Shown piece after piece: positions 26,530-35,130 of a DNA stretch of 56,682 nucleotides (the first letter of the stretch is position 1; each line of letters opens with the position of its first letter). A program made the translations under genes and the position numbers. The DNA is from a virus. Lineage: Duplodnaviria; Caudoviricetes. Location: IMG/VR virus record IMGVR_UViG_3300028780_000007, positions 1-56,682 of that record; one strand, 5' to 3'. The notes under the pieces were generated by a model. It searched no databases and had not been told where the DNA came from. It saw only the letters and a program-made list of their open reading frames with translations.

Positions 26530-26784
26530 ATGGTGATCGGCTCCGCCGCTCCCGGCGCGCGTTGCTTCCCCATCGCGTGTGCCTACTCTCCGTCGTCGCT
26601 TGCGTCTGCTTGAGTGTGTGTGTCGCTCTCTAGGTGCGACGTGTGCGCGAAGGGGTTGAAGCCAGAAAACCACCGGCGATATGACAAACCCGATAATGGA
26701 GCGGACTTGTATAGTTTTGGGAGGGGGTGCGCTCGTTGTTATTTTTTTTGTTGCAATTTTTTTTATTCCTGATATTTTGATTTT

Positions 26785-27525
26785 GTGGAATTGGCTTATA
26801 AGAGAGTGGCACATTTCAAGAGATCGGCAACGTTGGAGGAGCGGTATTGGAACCACGTAATCAAGAACGGGGAGGGGTGCTGGGGGTGGGTGGGGAGCAC
26901 GCGGCTGGGGTACGGGAAGTTCATGTACGAGGGAAAGTGGATTTACGCGAGCCGATTCAGTTTAGAGAGGAAACTTGGGAGGAGGTTGAGGAAGGGGAAG
27001 TTGGCATTACACGAGTGCGATAATCCGCCGTGTTCGAAGCCTGAGCATTTGTACGAGGGGACGCACAAGAACAACGCGGATGATGCAATAAAGCGGGGGC
27101 GCTGGTCGAGGAGAGCGAATTTGACCGAGAAGCAGGTTTTAGAGATTCGGAAGATGCGTAGTCAGGGGATGAGATCGATTGAGATTTCAAGGGCGCTTGG
27201 GATTTCGTACGGGAATGTTTATGGTGTGGTGACAGGTCGGACGTGGAAGGAATTGGGACCGGTCAAGGCTGGAAAACGGAGATCGGTGGGCAAGAAATCA
27301 GAAACTAAATTTCGTTGTGTAGAGTGCGGAAAGATTTCTACTGGGAGGATACCGCACTCTGGTTGGATGCAGGGAGATTTGACTTTCCGATATCCGCGTC
27401 GGCATTTGGTGAATGGGGAACCGTGTCCGGGAATGTTGAAGGAGGCGGAGTGGGTAAGGGTAAGGGTTAGGGTGACGATCGAGATAAGAAAAGCGAAGAA
27501 AGGGGTGGTCGATGGAACCAAATGA
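26785..27525 (+). CDS. HNH homing endonuclease with HTH
   Basis: CWGWVGS...GYG...LHECDNPPCSKPEHLYEGTHKNNADD; LTEKQVLEIR HTH. Confidence 0.85.
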   Translation: MELAYKRVAHFKRSATLEERYWNHVIKNGEGCWGWVGSTRLGYGKFMYEGKWIYASRFSLERKLGRRLRKGKLALHECDNPPCSKPEHLYEGTHKNNADDAIKRGRWSRRANLTEKQVLEIRKMRSQGMRSIEISRALGISYGNVYGVVTGRTWKELGPVKAGKRRSVGKKSETKFRCVECGKISTGRIPHSGWMQGDLTFRYPRRHLVNGEPCPGMLKEAEWVRVRVRVTIEIRKAKKGVVDGTK

Positions 27526-28096
27526 ACGGGATTGGAAGACGGACGAGTTTGGCGGTGAGGAGATTTGCGGGGACGTTTGGGAGCCACCGGATGGAAGGCA
27601 GCGCCGGGTGTGCAACTACAGGAAATTCCCTCGTCATGACTATCATAGTGATGACAACGGTAAAAACTTTTGGAAGAGCGGGATGCCCAAAGGTGGGCTT
27701 GCGACGGTTCTCGGAACGCCGAAAGATCCCAGCCTGATTCCCGGTGGCCACAAGATTTTGGTGATTGAAGCGGGGAAGCCGAAAGTTCTGAATCTCGAGA
27801 ATCCGATTCATGTTGGCACGGTGCAATCGGACGGGTCGTTCACGATCGAGTGCGGGGACGGGTACGATTATTTCGTGCTCGGGGACGGGTCGGTGAGTGG
27901 ATGGGGGTACAACAAATACCGGGTTGGACGGGAAGAGGAAATGCAGTTGTTGCGGTCAGATGTGATGAGAGAGATGCGAATGATGGAGAAGACCATCGAC
28001 AATTTTGTGCGTGAGATGTATTTGGCGCGGAATAAGCCCACCTGGTGGTCGCGGCTGCGCGATAAGTTCGTCAAGTGGCGGGAGATGGCGGAATGA
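27512..28096 (+). CDS. hypothetical protein
   Basis: 194 aa, operonic. Confidence 0.55.
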   Translation: MEPNERDWKTDEFGGEEICGDVWEPPDGRQRRVCNYRKFPRHDYHSDDNGKNFWKSGMPKGGLATVLGTPKDPSLIPGGHKILVIEAGKPKVLNLENPIHVGTVQSDGSFTIECGDGYDYFVLGDGSVSGWGYNKYRVGREEEMQLLRSDVMREMRMMEKTIDNFVREMYLARNKPTWWSRLRDKFVKWREMAE

Positions 28097-28263
28097 CCAG
28101 AACGCTAAAGGAAATCATTAAGGAAGCGGTGATCGGCGCCATGCTCGACGCGGAAAACAACGTGGCCAAGGCTGCGCGGATCTTGGGGGTCGGCCGGGCG
28201 ACCGTGTACCGGAGGCTCAAGGAATACGGGATGCTCAAAAGGAACGTGAGGTCGATTCGATAA
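28093..28263 (+). CDS. Fis-type HTH protein
   Basis: NVAKAARILGVGRATVYRRLKEYG. Confidence 0.8.
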   Translation: MTRTLKEIIKEAVIGAMLDAENNVAKAARILGVGRATVYRRLKEYGMLKRNVRSIR

Positions 28264-30011
28264 TGAGTTACATCGTGCTCGGAAAATCGGGAGCGCATAA
28301 CGCGAAGCTTGATATCGACATCTTGCTTCGCACGCGCCTTCTCATTCAGGCCAATTCCGGTGGTGGCAAATCCTATTTGCTGCGGAGAATTGCCGAGCAA
28401 CTCTTCGGGAAAGTCCCCGTTATCATCATCGATCCGGAAGGTGAGTTCGCCACGCTGCGCGAGAAGTTTGGGTTTGTTTTGGTCGGCAAAGGTGGCGAGA
28501 CACCGGCAGACCCGCGGTCCGCGGCGCTTGTAGCTCATAAGCTACTCGAGCTCCGCGCCTCCGCGGTGTGCGATTTGTACGAGATGAAGCCTTCGGAGCG
28601 GCATCGGTGGGTGCGATTGTTCGCTGAAGCGATTGTGGACGCACCAAAAAAGCTGTGGCGGCCGACGATTTTCATCGTGGATGAGGTTCACACGTTCGCT
28701 CCAGAGCGCGGCGCCGGCGAGAGTGAAGCGTCGGAAGCGCTAATTGGGATGGCCACGCGCGGCCGGAAACGGCGTTTTTGCTCGATTTGGGCTACGCAGA
28801 GGCTTGGGAAAGTCCGGAAGGACGCTACCGCGGAGTTCTTGAATCGCCTCGTTGGGTCGACGTTTGAGGACGTCGACTTGAAGCGTGCGGCTGAATTGCT
28901 GAGTATTCGTCCAGAAGATCGGCGCGAGTTCGATGCTGAGATGCGCGTGCTGGAGCCTGGCAATTTCTACGGGCTCGGTCGAGCGATCGCGAAAGAGCGG
29001 ATTTTGATTCACATTGGCCCGGTTGAAACGAGCCATGAAGTTGAGGATGCGAAGTACGGCGATGCGCCGCCCCCGGCACCGGATGAAATCCAGAAGCTTT
29101 TGCCGAAGCTGGCGGACTTGCCGAAGGAAGCCGAGGAGAAGGCGAAGACCGAGGCGGAATTGCGTACAGAGATTCGATCTCTCAAAGCGCAGTTGCGTAG
29201 TCAGCCGACCCATAAAATTGAAACGAAGCAGCCTGACAATTCGCAGTGGAATGAAATACAAAGGTACAAGGCTGGCGAAGCTCATCACAAAAAAGAATTC
29301 GAGGATTTATTGAGCATCACGCGGCAAGTCGTAAACGGCGTGGGGCAACTTTCGGTGCTGGCAAGTGAATTGGCAAGAATGAGGATTCCTAAGAGGTTCA
29401 ATATTCCCCGATCGTCAAATTTGCCGAAGGTAAGAGTTTCTAGTGATGATCCACCAAAGCCGTCGCCGCTTCCTCCGCTGCCGAAGCTTGAGAAGTTTCC
29501 GCCAATTGAGCGGGATGCGTCGAACGGAGATTTGGGTGGACCGGAGAAAAAGATTCTTCGCGCACTCTCCGAACTGCGCTCGATCGGGAAAGAAACTCCG
29601 CCGAAAGAAATGGTTGCAGCTTGGGCTTTGTATTCGCCGAACGGTGGGGCGTTTGTGAATCCGCTCGGGAAACTGCGGACACTCGGGCTTGTGGAGTATC
29701 CGGCGCCGGGAGTTGTTTCTCTTACAGCTAGCGGACTTTCCACCATCGGAGAGATTCCGCCGCCTGATTCCGAAGAGATTATGCGGAGGCTTCAGAGTAT
29801 TTGCAGTGGCCCTGAGTGGAAAATCCTCTATGCGCTATTCAAGGAAAGTGGCCAAGAGGAAGTGTCGCGTGCGGATCTCGCGATGCGGAGCGGGTACGAA
29901 GTAAAAGGCGGAGCGTTCGTAAATCCTTTGGGCGCGTTGCGGACCAAGGGGATACTCGATTACCCGCGGCCGGGATTTGTGAAAGCCGCAGATTGGATCT
30001 TCGTGGAATGA
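28263..30011 (+). CDS. HerA-like (DUF87) ATPase with C-terminal winged-helix repeats
   Basis: QANSGGGKS, IIDPEGEF, IVDEVH, ATQR; two GGAFVNPLG repeats. Confidence 0.85.
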   Translation: MSYIVLGKSGAHNAKLDIDILLRTRLLIQANSGGGKSYLLRRIAEQLFGKVPVIIIDPEGEFATLREKFGFVLVGKGGETPADPRSAALVAHKLLELRASAVCDLYEMKPSERHRWVRLFAEAIVDAPKKLWRPTIFIVDEVHTFAPERGAGESEASEALIGMATRGRKRRFCSIWATQRLGKVRKDATAEFLNRLVGSTFEDVDLKRAAELLSIRPEDRREFDAEMRVLEPGNFYGLGRAIAKERILIHIGPVETSHEVEDAKYGDAPPPAPDEIQKLLPKLADLPKEAEEKAKTEAELRTEIRSLKAQLRSQPTHKIETKQPDNSQWNEIQRYKAGEAHHKKEFEDLLSITRQVVNGVGQLSVLASELARMRIPKRFNIPRSSNLPKVRVSSDDPPKPSPLPPLPKLEKFPPIERDASNGDLGGPEKKILRALSELRSIGKETPPKEMVAAWALYSPNGGAFVNPLGKLRTLGLVEYPAPGVVSLTASGLSTIGEIPPPDSEEIMRRLQSICSGPEWKILYALFKESGQEEVSRADLAMRSGYEVKGGAFVNPLGALRTKGILDYPRPGFVKAADWIFVE

Positions 30012-30418
30012 AAGCACTTTCTATGACGCAGCCGTGGGCATCGTTGGTAGCGCTCGAAGAAAAGCGAATCGAGACGCGCTCGTGGAAAACACCGTACCGA
30101 GGGCCGTTGGCAATCCATGCGGCGAAAACGTATCCAGGATGGGCGAAGGAATGGTGCAAGGAACCCACGTTCGCTAAGGCGCTAGGCAATTGCTGCCCAG
30201 AACTCTATCGCGGCTCGATCGTGTGTGTGACGAGTTTGCTGGATTGTGTTCGGACAGAAGACATCCGTGACAAATTGGAGTCAAAGGAAATAGCGTTTGG
30301 CGATTACGGGATGGCTCGGTGGGCATGGATTCTCGGTCCAGTGGTAAAGCGGTTTGGAAGCGTCGAGTTTCCGGCAACCGGGCATTTGGGATTGTGGGAG
30401 TGGGACGAACGCTCGTAG
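30008..30418 (+). CDS. ASCH domain protein
   Basis: MKALSMTQPWASLV...KRIETRSWKTPYRGPLAIHA...GLW. Confidence 0.85.
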   Translation: MKALSMTQPWASLVALEEKRIETRSWKTPYRGPLAIHAAKTYPGWAKEWCKEPTFAKALGNCCPELYRGSIVCVTSLLDCVRTEDIRDKLESKEIAFGDYGMARWAWILGPVVKRFGSVEFPATGHLGLWEWDERS

Positions 30419-30460
30419 TTTATTCTTGACTATATTTCTGGTCGGAGGTAGATTTCGAAC

Positions 30461-30991
30461 ATGCAACGGCTATCAGATGCGATTATGCTTGGATCAACGT
30501 TGAAAAAGCATGGGCGTAGAGGAATGTTGTTTGACGATGACGGTGGGGCTTGTGCGGTAGGAATGGCATATACCGCCATTGGTATGACGAGGGAAATTTA
30601 TTTTGCTACTCCGCCAGAATACGTAACTAAATTTATAAGGAACCAGGGATGGTTTTGGTGTTTTGACAAAACTGCAATGCTTCCATCGTGGGCATTGAAA
30701 TGGACGCCGGGTGAGGTGGAGGATTATCGCGTCTCTGACATCATTACCTATTTGTACGATCACTATGTTTCCACAGACAAGGCTACGCTCGAGATGCTGG
30801 TTGATTGGGTTCGCTCCGTCGAGGACGAGCTTGGCGTCTATGCAAATGGATCGTCCGAAGGTCTGGACGACAAGGTTCCTAGCGATAGTCCTAAATTGGA
30901 CTGTTTGCCGGAAGAAGGTGCCGTAACATTGGGTACTGCGGGAAACTGTGTGGTGAACACGGCTCCTGCGTCAGTAACGCTAGTGACGTAA
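30461..30991 (+). CDS. hypothetical protein
   Basis: RLSDAIMLGS...GACAVG; GGAGG RBS. Confidence 0.6.
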   Translation: MQRLSDAIMLGSTLKKHGRRGMLFDDDGGACAVGMAYTAIGMTREIYFATPPEYVTKFIRNQGWFWCFDKTAMLPSWALKWTPGEVEDYRVSDIITYLYDHYVSTDKATLEMLVDWVRSVEDELGVYANGSSEGLDDKVPSDSPKLDCLPEEGAVTLGTAGNCVVNTAPASVTLVT

Positions 30992-31016
30992 ACTCGCAGC
31001 GGCACCAAAAAGTTTG

Positions 31017-31215
31017 GTACAGAGCATCACCTGGTTGTAAAAATTTATCAAGAAAGGAGGACAACCGATGGCTTTGAATTCAACCGAAACTGCTCGCCTT
31101 GCTGACCTGGTGAAAATTCCAGTGGCCCAGCGTACTCCAGCACAAACGAAAGAGATTTCGGATCTACAATCAAGACAGAATAGCTAAGGTTTGCACGTCA
31201 GGTGATGTTCTGTAC
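31017..31215. repeat. 17-bp inverted repeat enclosing a small ORF
   Basis: GTACAGAGCATCACCTG (31017-31033) and CAGGTGATGTTCTGTAC (31199-31215). Confidence 0.75.
31068..31187 (+). CDS. 39-aa peptide inside the inverted repeat
   Basis: AAGGAGG RBS; MALNSTETARLADLVKIPVAQRTPAQTKEISDLQSRQNS. Confidence 0.6.
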   Translation: MALNSTETARLADLVKIPVAQRTPAQTKEISDLQSRQNS

Positions 31216-31266
31216 TTATGTAATTCCCTAAAGTTCGCCGTCCATATCTGGACGGCAGGAGAAAAA

Positions 31267-31602
31267 ATGGAAACCCCGATGAATGAAAACGAGATCCAGA
31301 TTCGTTCGCACGAATTGAGTCTTTTGGGCGATCACCTGACGCGCCACGGTTTGACCGATCCGGTCATTCGGAAGTATATCGACGACCGCGGGAAGGCGCT
31401 GCGTTACGTGGCGCCGGCCGAGAAGCGCGCGTTCGTGCGGCGCGAAGGCCCGGTTCCTGCGGACAAGATGTTCAAGCCGTATCCGCTTGCGGGCGGGCCG
31501 CGTGGCGGATCGCCGACACCGATTTCCGGAACTGGCGCAAAGCCGTTCACTCCGTATCCGGTCGCACCGGCCGCGCAACAGCCCGGAAAGAGCGCGCGAT
31601 AA
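31267..31602 (+). CDS. hypothetical protein, Pro-rich C-terminus
   Basis: AGGAG RBS; F(K/T)PYP repeat. Confidence 0.6.
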   Translation: METPMNENEIQIRSHELSLLGDHLTRHGLTDPVIRKYIDDRGKALRYVAPAEKRAFVRREGPVPADKMFKPYPLAGGPRGGSPTPISGTGAKPFTPYPVAPAAQQPGKSAR

Positions 31603-31606
31603 TTTC

Positions 31607-31682
31607 GCCAGCGTAGTTCAACGGTAAGAACGCTTCTCTCATAAGGAAGAAATGCACGGTCCAATTCCGGCCGCTGGTACCA
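31607..31682 (+). tRNA. tRNA-Met or Ile2 (CAT)
   Basis: Cloverleaf, loop CTCATAA, CCA end. Confidence 0.8.
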
Positions 31683-31701
31683 CTAACCTCGAAAGGACAC
31701 T

Positions 31702-32061
31702 ATGAAAGCTGAACAGGTTGCAAGGGTTTGCCATGAGGCCAATCGGGCCTACTGTGAGGCGATCGGCGATAACTCGCAGGTACGGTGGGAAGATGCTCCG
31801 ACGTGGCAACGCCAGTCGGCCATCACTGGCGTTGAGTTCGTTTTAAAGTCGCTGAGAGAATCAAAAACACTTCCGAGCCCGAGCATGTCGCACGAAAGTT
31901 GGTTGCGGGAGAAGACGAAGGATGGATGGAAATACGGGCCAGTGAAGGACGTCGAGAAGAAAGAGCATCCGTGTTTTGTTTCTTACGATCAATTGCCGCC
32001 GCAGCAGCGCGCGAAAGATTTTCTGTTTCTGGCGGTCGTGGAAGCGTTGTACAATTTCTGA
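31702..32061 (+). CDS. RyR-domain protein
   Basis: HESWLREKTKDGWKYGPVKDVEKKEHPCFVSYDQLP. Confidence 0.8.
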   Translation: MKAEQVARVCHEANRAYCEAIGDNSQVRWEDAPTWQRQSAITGVEFVLKSLRESKTLPSPSMSHESWLREKTKDGWKYGPVKDVEKKEHPCFVSYDQLPPQQRAKDFLFLAVVEALYNF

Positions 32062-32139
32062 CGCGGACATTGAGCTACGGTGCGCTCGCATCTCTCATAA
32101 GGATGGCCTTATCTGGTTCAACTCCAGAGTCCGCAACCA
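32062..32139 (+). tRNA. tRNA-fMet-like (CAT)
   Basis: C1:A72 mismatch, loop CTCATAA, CCA. Confidence 0.8.
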
Positions 32140-32141
32140 AC

Positions 32142-32215
32142 TGGGAAGTCGGCCAAAGGTAGGCCGCTGGGCCTTGGACTCAGCTATCCACGTTCGAGTC
32201 GTGGCTTCCCAGCCA
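32142..32215 (+). tRNA. tRNA-Gln (TTG)
   Basis: Cloverleaf, loop CCTTGGA (C33), CCA. Confidence 0.85.
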
Positions 32216-32222
32216 AATTTTT

Positions 32223-32296
32223 GCGCAGTTAGGTCAGTGGTAGACCGCCCGCCTCCAAATCGGGAAACGGAAGTTCGATCCTTTCGCTGCGCGCCA
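32223..32296 (+). tRNA. tRNA-Trp (CCA)
   Basis: Cloverleaf, loop CTCCAAA, CCA. Confidence 0.85.
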
Positions 32297-32297
32297 C

Positions 32298-32387
32298 GGA
32301 GAAATGCTCGAGAGGCTGAAGAGGTCCGACTGCTACTCGGACGTGCTGTAAAAGGCACCGTTGGTTCGAATCCAACTTTCTCCGCCA
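32298..32387 (+). tRNA. tRNA-Ser (GCT)
   Basis: Long variable arm, G73, CCA. Confidence 0.9.
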
Positions 32388-32391
32388 GTTC

Positions 32392-32467
32392 GGTCCCGTA
32401 GCTCAATTGGAAAGAGTTCCAGATTACGAATCTGGCGATCGCGGTTCGAATCCGTGCGGGACCGCCA
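32392..32467 (+). tRNA. tRNA-Arg (ACG)
   Basis: Cloverleaf, loop TTACGAA, CCA. Confidence 0.9.
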
Positions 32468-32472
32468 AGTTT

Positions 32473-32560
32473 GGAGCAATGGCACAGCGGCAACTGCCCC
32501 GGACTGTAAATCCGGTGTCCCTTCGGGACTACGAAGGTTCGAGTCCTTCTTGCTCCACCA
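32473..32560 (+). tRNA. tRNA-Tyr (GTA)
   Basis: Long variable arm, loop CTGTAAA, CCA. Confidence 0.9.
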
Positions 32561-32565
32561 TTTTC

Positions 32566-32641
32566 GGTTCCGTCGTCCAATTGCACAGGACACTACCCTC
32601 CGAAGGTAAAAATTCCGGTTGGAATCCGGACGGGACCGCCA
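32566..32641 (+). tRNA. tRNA-Arg (CCG)
   Basis: Cloverleaf, variant T-loop TTGGAAT, CCA. Confidence 0.8.
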
Positions 32642-32649
32642 AATAACTA

Positions 32650-32686
32650 TTGCAAGCCTGAAGTCTTTCCTGTAAAACAGCAAGCG
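32650..32686 (+). promoter_or_regulatory. sigma70-like promoter overlapped by AAAACAGCAAGCG
   Basis: TTGCAA-17 nt-TAAAAC just before a tRNA. Confidence 0.5.
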
Positions 32687-32687
32687 T

Positions 32688-32762
32688 GCTCTCGTGGCCG
32701 AATGGACTAGGCGCTCGAGTCCTAATCGAGTAACGCGAGTTCGAATCTCGCCGAGAGCTCCA
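32688..32762 (+). tRNA. tRNA-Arg (CCT)
   Basis: Cloverleaf, loop GTCCTAA, CCA. Confidence 0.85.
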
Positions 32763-32763
32763 T

Positions 32764-32840
32764 GCGAGCGTGGTGCAACTGGTAGACACGGTGACCCCAA
32801 AAGTCATTTTTTGCGAGTTCGAATCTCGCCGCTCGCACCA
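32764..32840 (+). tRNA. tRNA-Leu (CAA), short variable arm
   Basis: Loop CCCAAAA (C33), A73, CCA. Confidence 0.8.
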
Positions 32841-32854
32841 ATATTGGAGGGGTG

Positions 32855-32995
32855 ATGGGAACTACTTGTAAGCACGGAACGGACAATATGTTTACGTGTC
32901 CTCATTGCCGAAAAGAATTTAAGGTTTCCGAAGCGATCAGGGAGCCGAGAAAAGAAGAGAAGTCGATGGAAGAGCAGCAACGAGAAGTTGAGTGA
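32855..32995 (+). CDS. small Cys/His peptide
   Basis: GGAGG RBS; CKHG...CPHC, 46 aa. Confidence 0.5.
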   Translation: MGTTCKHGTDNMFTCPHCRKEFKVSEAIREPRKEEKSMEEQQREVE

Positions 32996-32999
32996 CATT

Positions 33000-33082
33000 G
33001 CGCGAGTGGTGGAATGCATACACATCAGCCTTAGAAGCTGACGCCTTCGGGATTGGGGGTTCGACTCCCTCCTCGCGCACCA
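33000..33082 (+). tRNA. tRNA-Leu (TAG)
   Basis: Variable arm, loop CTTAGAA, CCA. Confidence 0.9.
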
Positions 33083-33092
33083 AATTTAGAAT

Positions 33093-33169
33093 GCGCCACT
33101 ATCCCAACTGGAAGAGGACGTGGACTTAAAATCCACTAGATCGGAGTTCGAATCTCCGGTGGCGCACCA
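33093..33169 (+). tRNA. tRNA-Leu (TAA), short variable arm
   Basis: Loop CTTAAAA, A73, CCA. Confidence 0.8.
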
Positions 33170-33179
33170 AAATCGTGCC

Positions 33180-33431
33180 ATGAAATCAGCGTGCCCAAAT
33201 TGCTTAACTCCGAGCGATCTCCCGGTAAACATACGGCCGGATTGGTTCGTTCTCTGCTTTTCCTGCGCGTTCATTGGGGTTCTCGCGGCGGATATGAGCG
33301 TGCGAGAGGCAACCGATAGGGATTTCGCCGAGGCGACCGAGTACGCTAGGGGCTGGATGTATCGCAAACAGAACCTCGTGTTGATAAATATTTACAGAAA
33401 AAGGTTTGCACGGCACGCGGACATGAATTAA
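33180..33431 (+). CDS. hypothetical Zn-ribbon-like protein
   Basis: CPNC...CFSC; fills the gap between tRNAs. Confidence 0.5.
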   Translation: MKSACPNCLTPSDLPVNIRPDWFVLCFSCAFIGVLAADMSVREATDRDFAEATEYARGWMYRKQNLVLINIYRKRFARHADMN

Positions 33432-33439
33432 ATTTCTTT

Positions 33440-33517
33440 GGGGCTGTGCGGTAAGGGACATCCGGCCCGTCTTCTAAGCGGGATAATTTGAGAGTTCGAA
33501 TCTCTCCAGCCCCACCA
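33440..33517 (+). tRNA. tRNA-Arg (TCT)
   Basis: Loop CTTCTAA, CCA. Confidence 0.8.
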
Positions 33518-33519
33518 GT

Positions 33520-33594
33520 GGCGCGGTAGCCAAGTGGGAAGGTTGGGGCCTGCAAAGTCCCGATGAGCGTGTTCGATTCACGCCCGCGCCTCCA
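33520..33594 (+). tRNA. tRNA-Cys (GCA)
   Basis: Loop CTGCAAA, U73, CCA. Confidence 0.9.
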
Positions 33595-33618
33595 AGATTC
33601 GTAAGGGAGGAAAAAGTA

Positions 33619-33819
33619 ATGTTTTTGACTCCTGTAGTTACAGTGCTTGAAAAGATTGCCGTGTCGATCAACAGGCTTACAACTGCTGTCGATACGAGAG
33701 GAGAACAGATTTCTAATGTTCTCGGTCAAATCTTGAAGGCACTTCAGAAGCAACCACAAGTACCTGGGGAGGCGGTTTCCCTGAAACTCACCCTCGGTAA
33801 AGCAGTGCAACAGAAGTAA
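33619..33819 (+). CDS. hypothetical protein
   Basis: GGAGG RBS; ends GEAVSLKLTLGKAV, similar to the end of the next ORF. Confidence 0.6.
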   Translation: MFLTPVVTVLEKIAVSINRLTTAVDTRGEQISNVLGQILKALQKQPQVPGEAVSLKLTLGKAVQQK

Positions 33820-33840
33820 AATTCACGGAGGAAAAACGAA

Positions 33841-34221
33841 ATGGCAAACCCACAGATTGGAGATACCCAGCAGGCGCCTTATTCTGTAACCGGTTTGGAC
33901 GCGGACGGACAGCCGGCGCAGCTTGAACCAGGTGATGTGGTAACTGTCACGTCTTCGGCCCCAGCATCGCTTTCGGTTGTTCCCGACGCAACGCCGGCTC
34001 CGGGCTCGCTCGCTTCCGGTCAGTTGGTTGGCGGAACGACGCTTGCGGTTGGAGTGACGATCACGGCGGTCATCACGCACACGGACGGCACTTCGGCAAC
34101 GGCGACGGATACGATTGACGTCGTTTCCGGTGAGGCTGCAACGTTGGCAATCGGGCTCGGCGCACCTGTGTCGCAGACGCAGCCACCGGCGCCGGCTTCG
34201 GCTCGTCAGGCTGGTCGGTAA
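33841..34221 (+). CDS. beta-rich, possibly Ig-like protein
   Basis: GGAGG RBS; Thr/Val/Ala-rich alternating strands. Confidence 0.65.
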   Translation: MANPQIGDTQQAPYSVTGLDADGQPAQLEPGDVVTVTSSAPASLSVVPDATPAPGSLASGQLVGGTTLAVGVTITAVITHTDGTSATATDTIDVVSGEAATLAIGLGAPVSQTQPPAPASARQAGR

Positions 34222-34238
34222 CATCGTTTCGTAGTTTG

Positions 34239-34288
34239 GGTTGGGGTACGCGAAGGGCAAGCCGTGTAGACGGCGCGTACCCCGGCCA
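34239..34288 (+). ncRNA. small stem-loop element ending in GCCA
   Basis: 13-bp stem GGTTGGGGTACGC/GCGTACCCCGGCC with inner hairpin GCCGT/ACGGC. Confidence 0.4.
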
Positions 34289-34351
34289 TCATTCAAGTTT
34301 GTTTTAATAGGCCGATCCTTGTTAAAGGAAACGGCCTATAATTTTAATATG

Positions 34352-34443
34352 GGTCGCCAGCACTGGGTGCGGGTTCGGCTTATACCCGAGCGAGATTCCC
34401 GGATTGGGGAGACGGCACGGATCGTAACCGTGGGCGACCACCA
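34352..34443 (+). tRNA. atypical tRNA with TAT anticodon (Ile-UAU-like), long variable arm
   Basis: Acceptor GGTCGCC/GGCGACC, loop CTTATAC, T-arm CACGG-ATCGTAA-CCGTG, ACCA end. Confidence 0.7.
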
Positions 34444-34445
34444 TC

Positions 34446-34533
34446 GGAAGGCACTGCTGCAAGGGCGGCAACTGGCCCTGAAAGCCAGGGCGTCTCCAAC
34501 GGGACGGGGGTTCGAATCCTCTGCCTTCCGCCA
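34446..34533 (+). tRNA. tRNA-Ser (TGA)
   Basis: Long variable arm, extended D-stem, loop CCTGAAA (C33), G73, CCA. Confidence 0.8.
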
Positions 34534-34561
34534 AATTTCATTTGTCCAGATATGGACGAAT

Positions 34562-34635
34562 GGTGGCGTAGCTCAGTGGCAGAGCTCGCGGTCGATAACC
34601 GCGCGACGGGTGTTCGATTCACCACGTCACCACCA
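34562..34635 (+). tRNA. tRNA-Ile (GAT)
   Basis: Loop TCGATAA (C33), CCA. Confidence 0.85.
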
Positions 34636-34637
34636 AC

Positions 34638-34711
34638 GCTGACTTCGTACAATGGAAGTACTCTCGTTTGAAGCACGAGCAACGTCCGTTCGATTCGGAC
34701 AGTCAGCGCCA
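34638..34711 (+). tRNA. tRNA-Phe (GAA)
   Basis: Loop TTGAAGC, CCA. Confidence 0.8.
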
Positions 34712-34726
34712 CTCTTAGGAGGAGCA

Positions 34727-35098
34727 ATGAAAAAGCCGTATGAGTATGCTGACGAATTGGTGACCACCGGTGGAAAGGATGCTCTTGAGCACCTTGAAAC
34801 GAATATCAAAACTCACACGACTCGTTTTCGCTTGTACACTGCAATTCACAGCTATTCAATTTCAATGATTCTCCCGTCGCCAGAGAAGCCAAACGGTTAT
34901 ATGGGTTGTATTGCATCTTGTCGCGCTCCGTATCCCGGAGAGACGCACACGCGAGGGAATGATTTGCCGGATGGGCCGTACAGCGATGAAACGTGGCACG
35001 CAATCCTGGCTGCCATTGTGAGGTATGAGATTTTGCCGCTCTATCGGAGTTCTGGGTTTATTCCAGTGCGAAACACGGGTACTGAAGCGAATGCTTGA
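34727..35098 (+). CDS. hypothetical protein
   Basis: AGGAGGAG RBS; YMGCIASCRAPYPGE...RGNDLPDG. Confidence 0.7.
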   Translation: MKKPYEYADELVTTGGKDALEHLETNIKTHTTRFRLYTAIHSYSISMILPSPEKPNGYMGCIASCRAPYPGETHTRGNDLPDGPYSDETWHAILAAIVRYEILPLYRSSGFIPVRNTGTEANA

Positions 35099-35123
35099 CG
35101 GTCGCTCGCTGTTTAGATACCAT
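35095..35123 (+). promoter_or_regulatory. sigma70-like promoter with CGCTCGCTGTTT in spacer
   Basis: TTGACG-17 nt-TACCAT, 7 nt before tRNA-Val. Confidence 0.65.
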
Positions 35124-35130
35124 TCATTTC

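Noticed and set aside
28186-28212. Fis-type HTH gene as target of the first half of tract 2
   Set aside because: Only four of nine dinucleotides match fully, reflecting generic HTH similarity.
33000-34533. Anticodons TAG, TAA and TGA as suppressors or evidence of recoding
   Set aside because: Written 5'-3' they decode CTA, TTA and TCA; genes terminate normally at all three stop codons.
31976-34727. ORF-track calls overlapping tRNA genes
   Set aside because: Fully explained by the tRNA cloverleafs.
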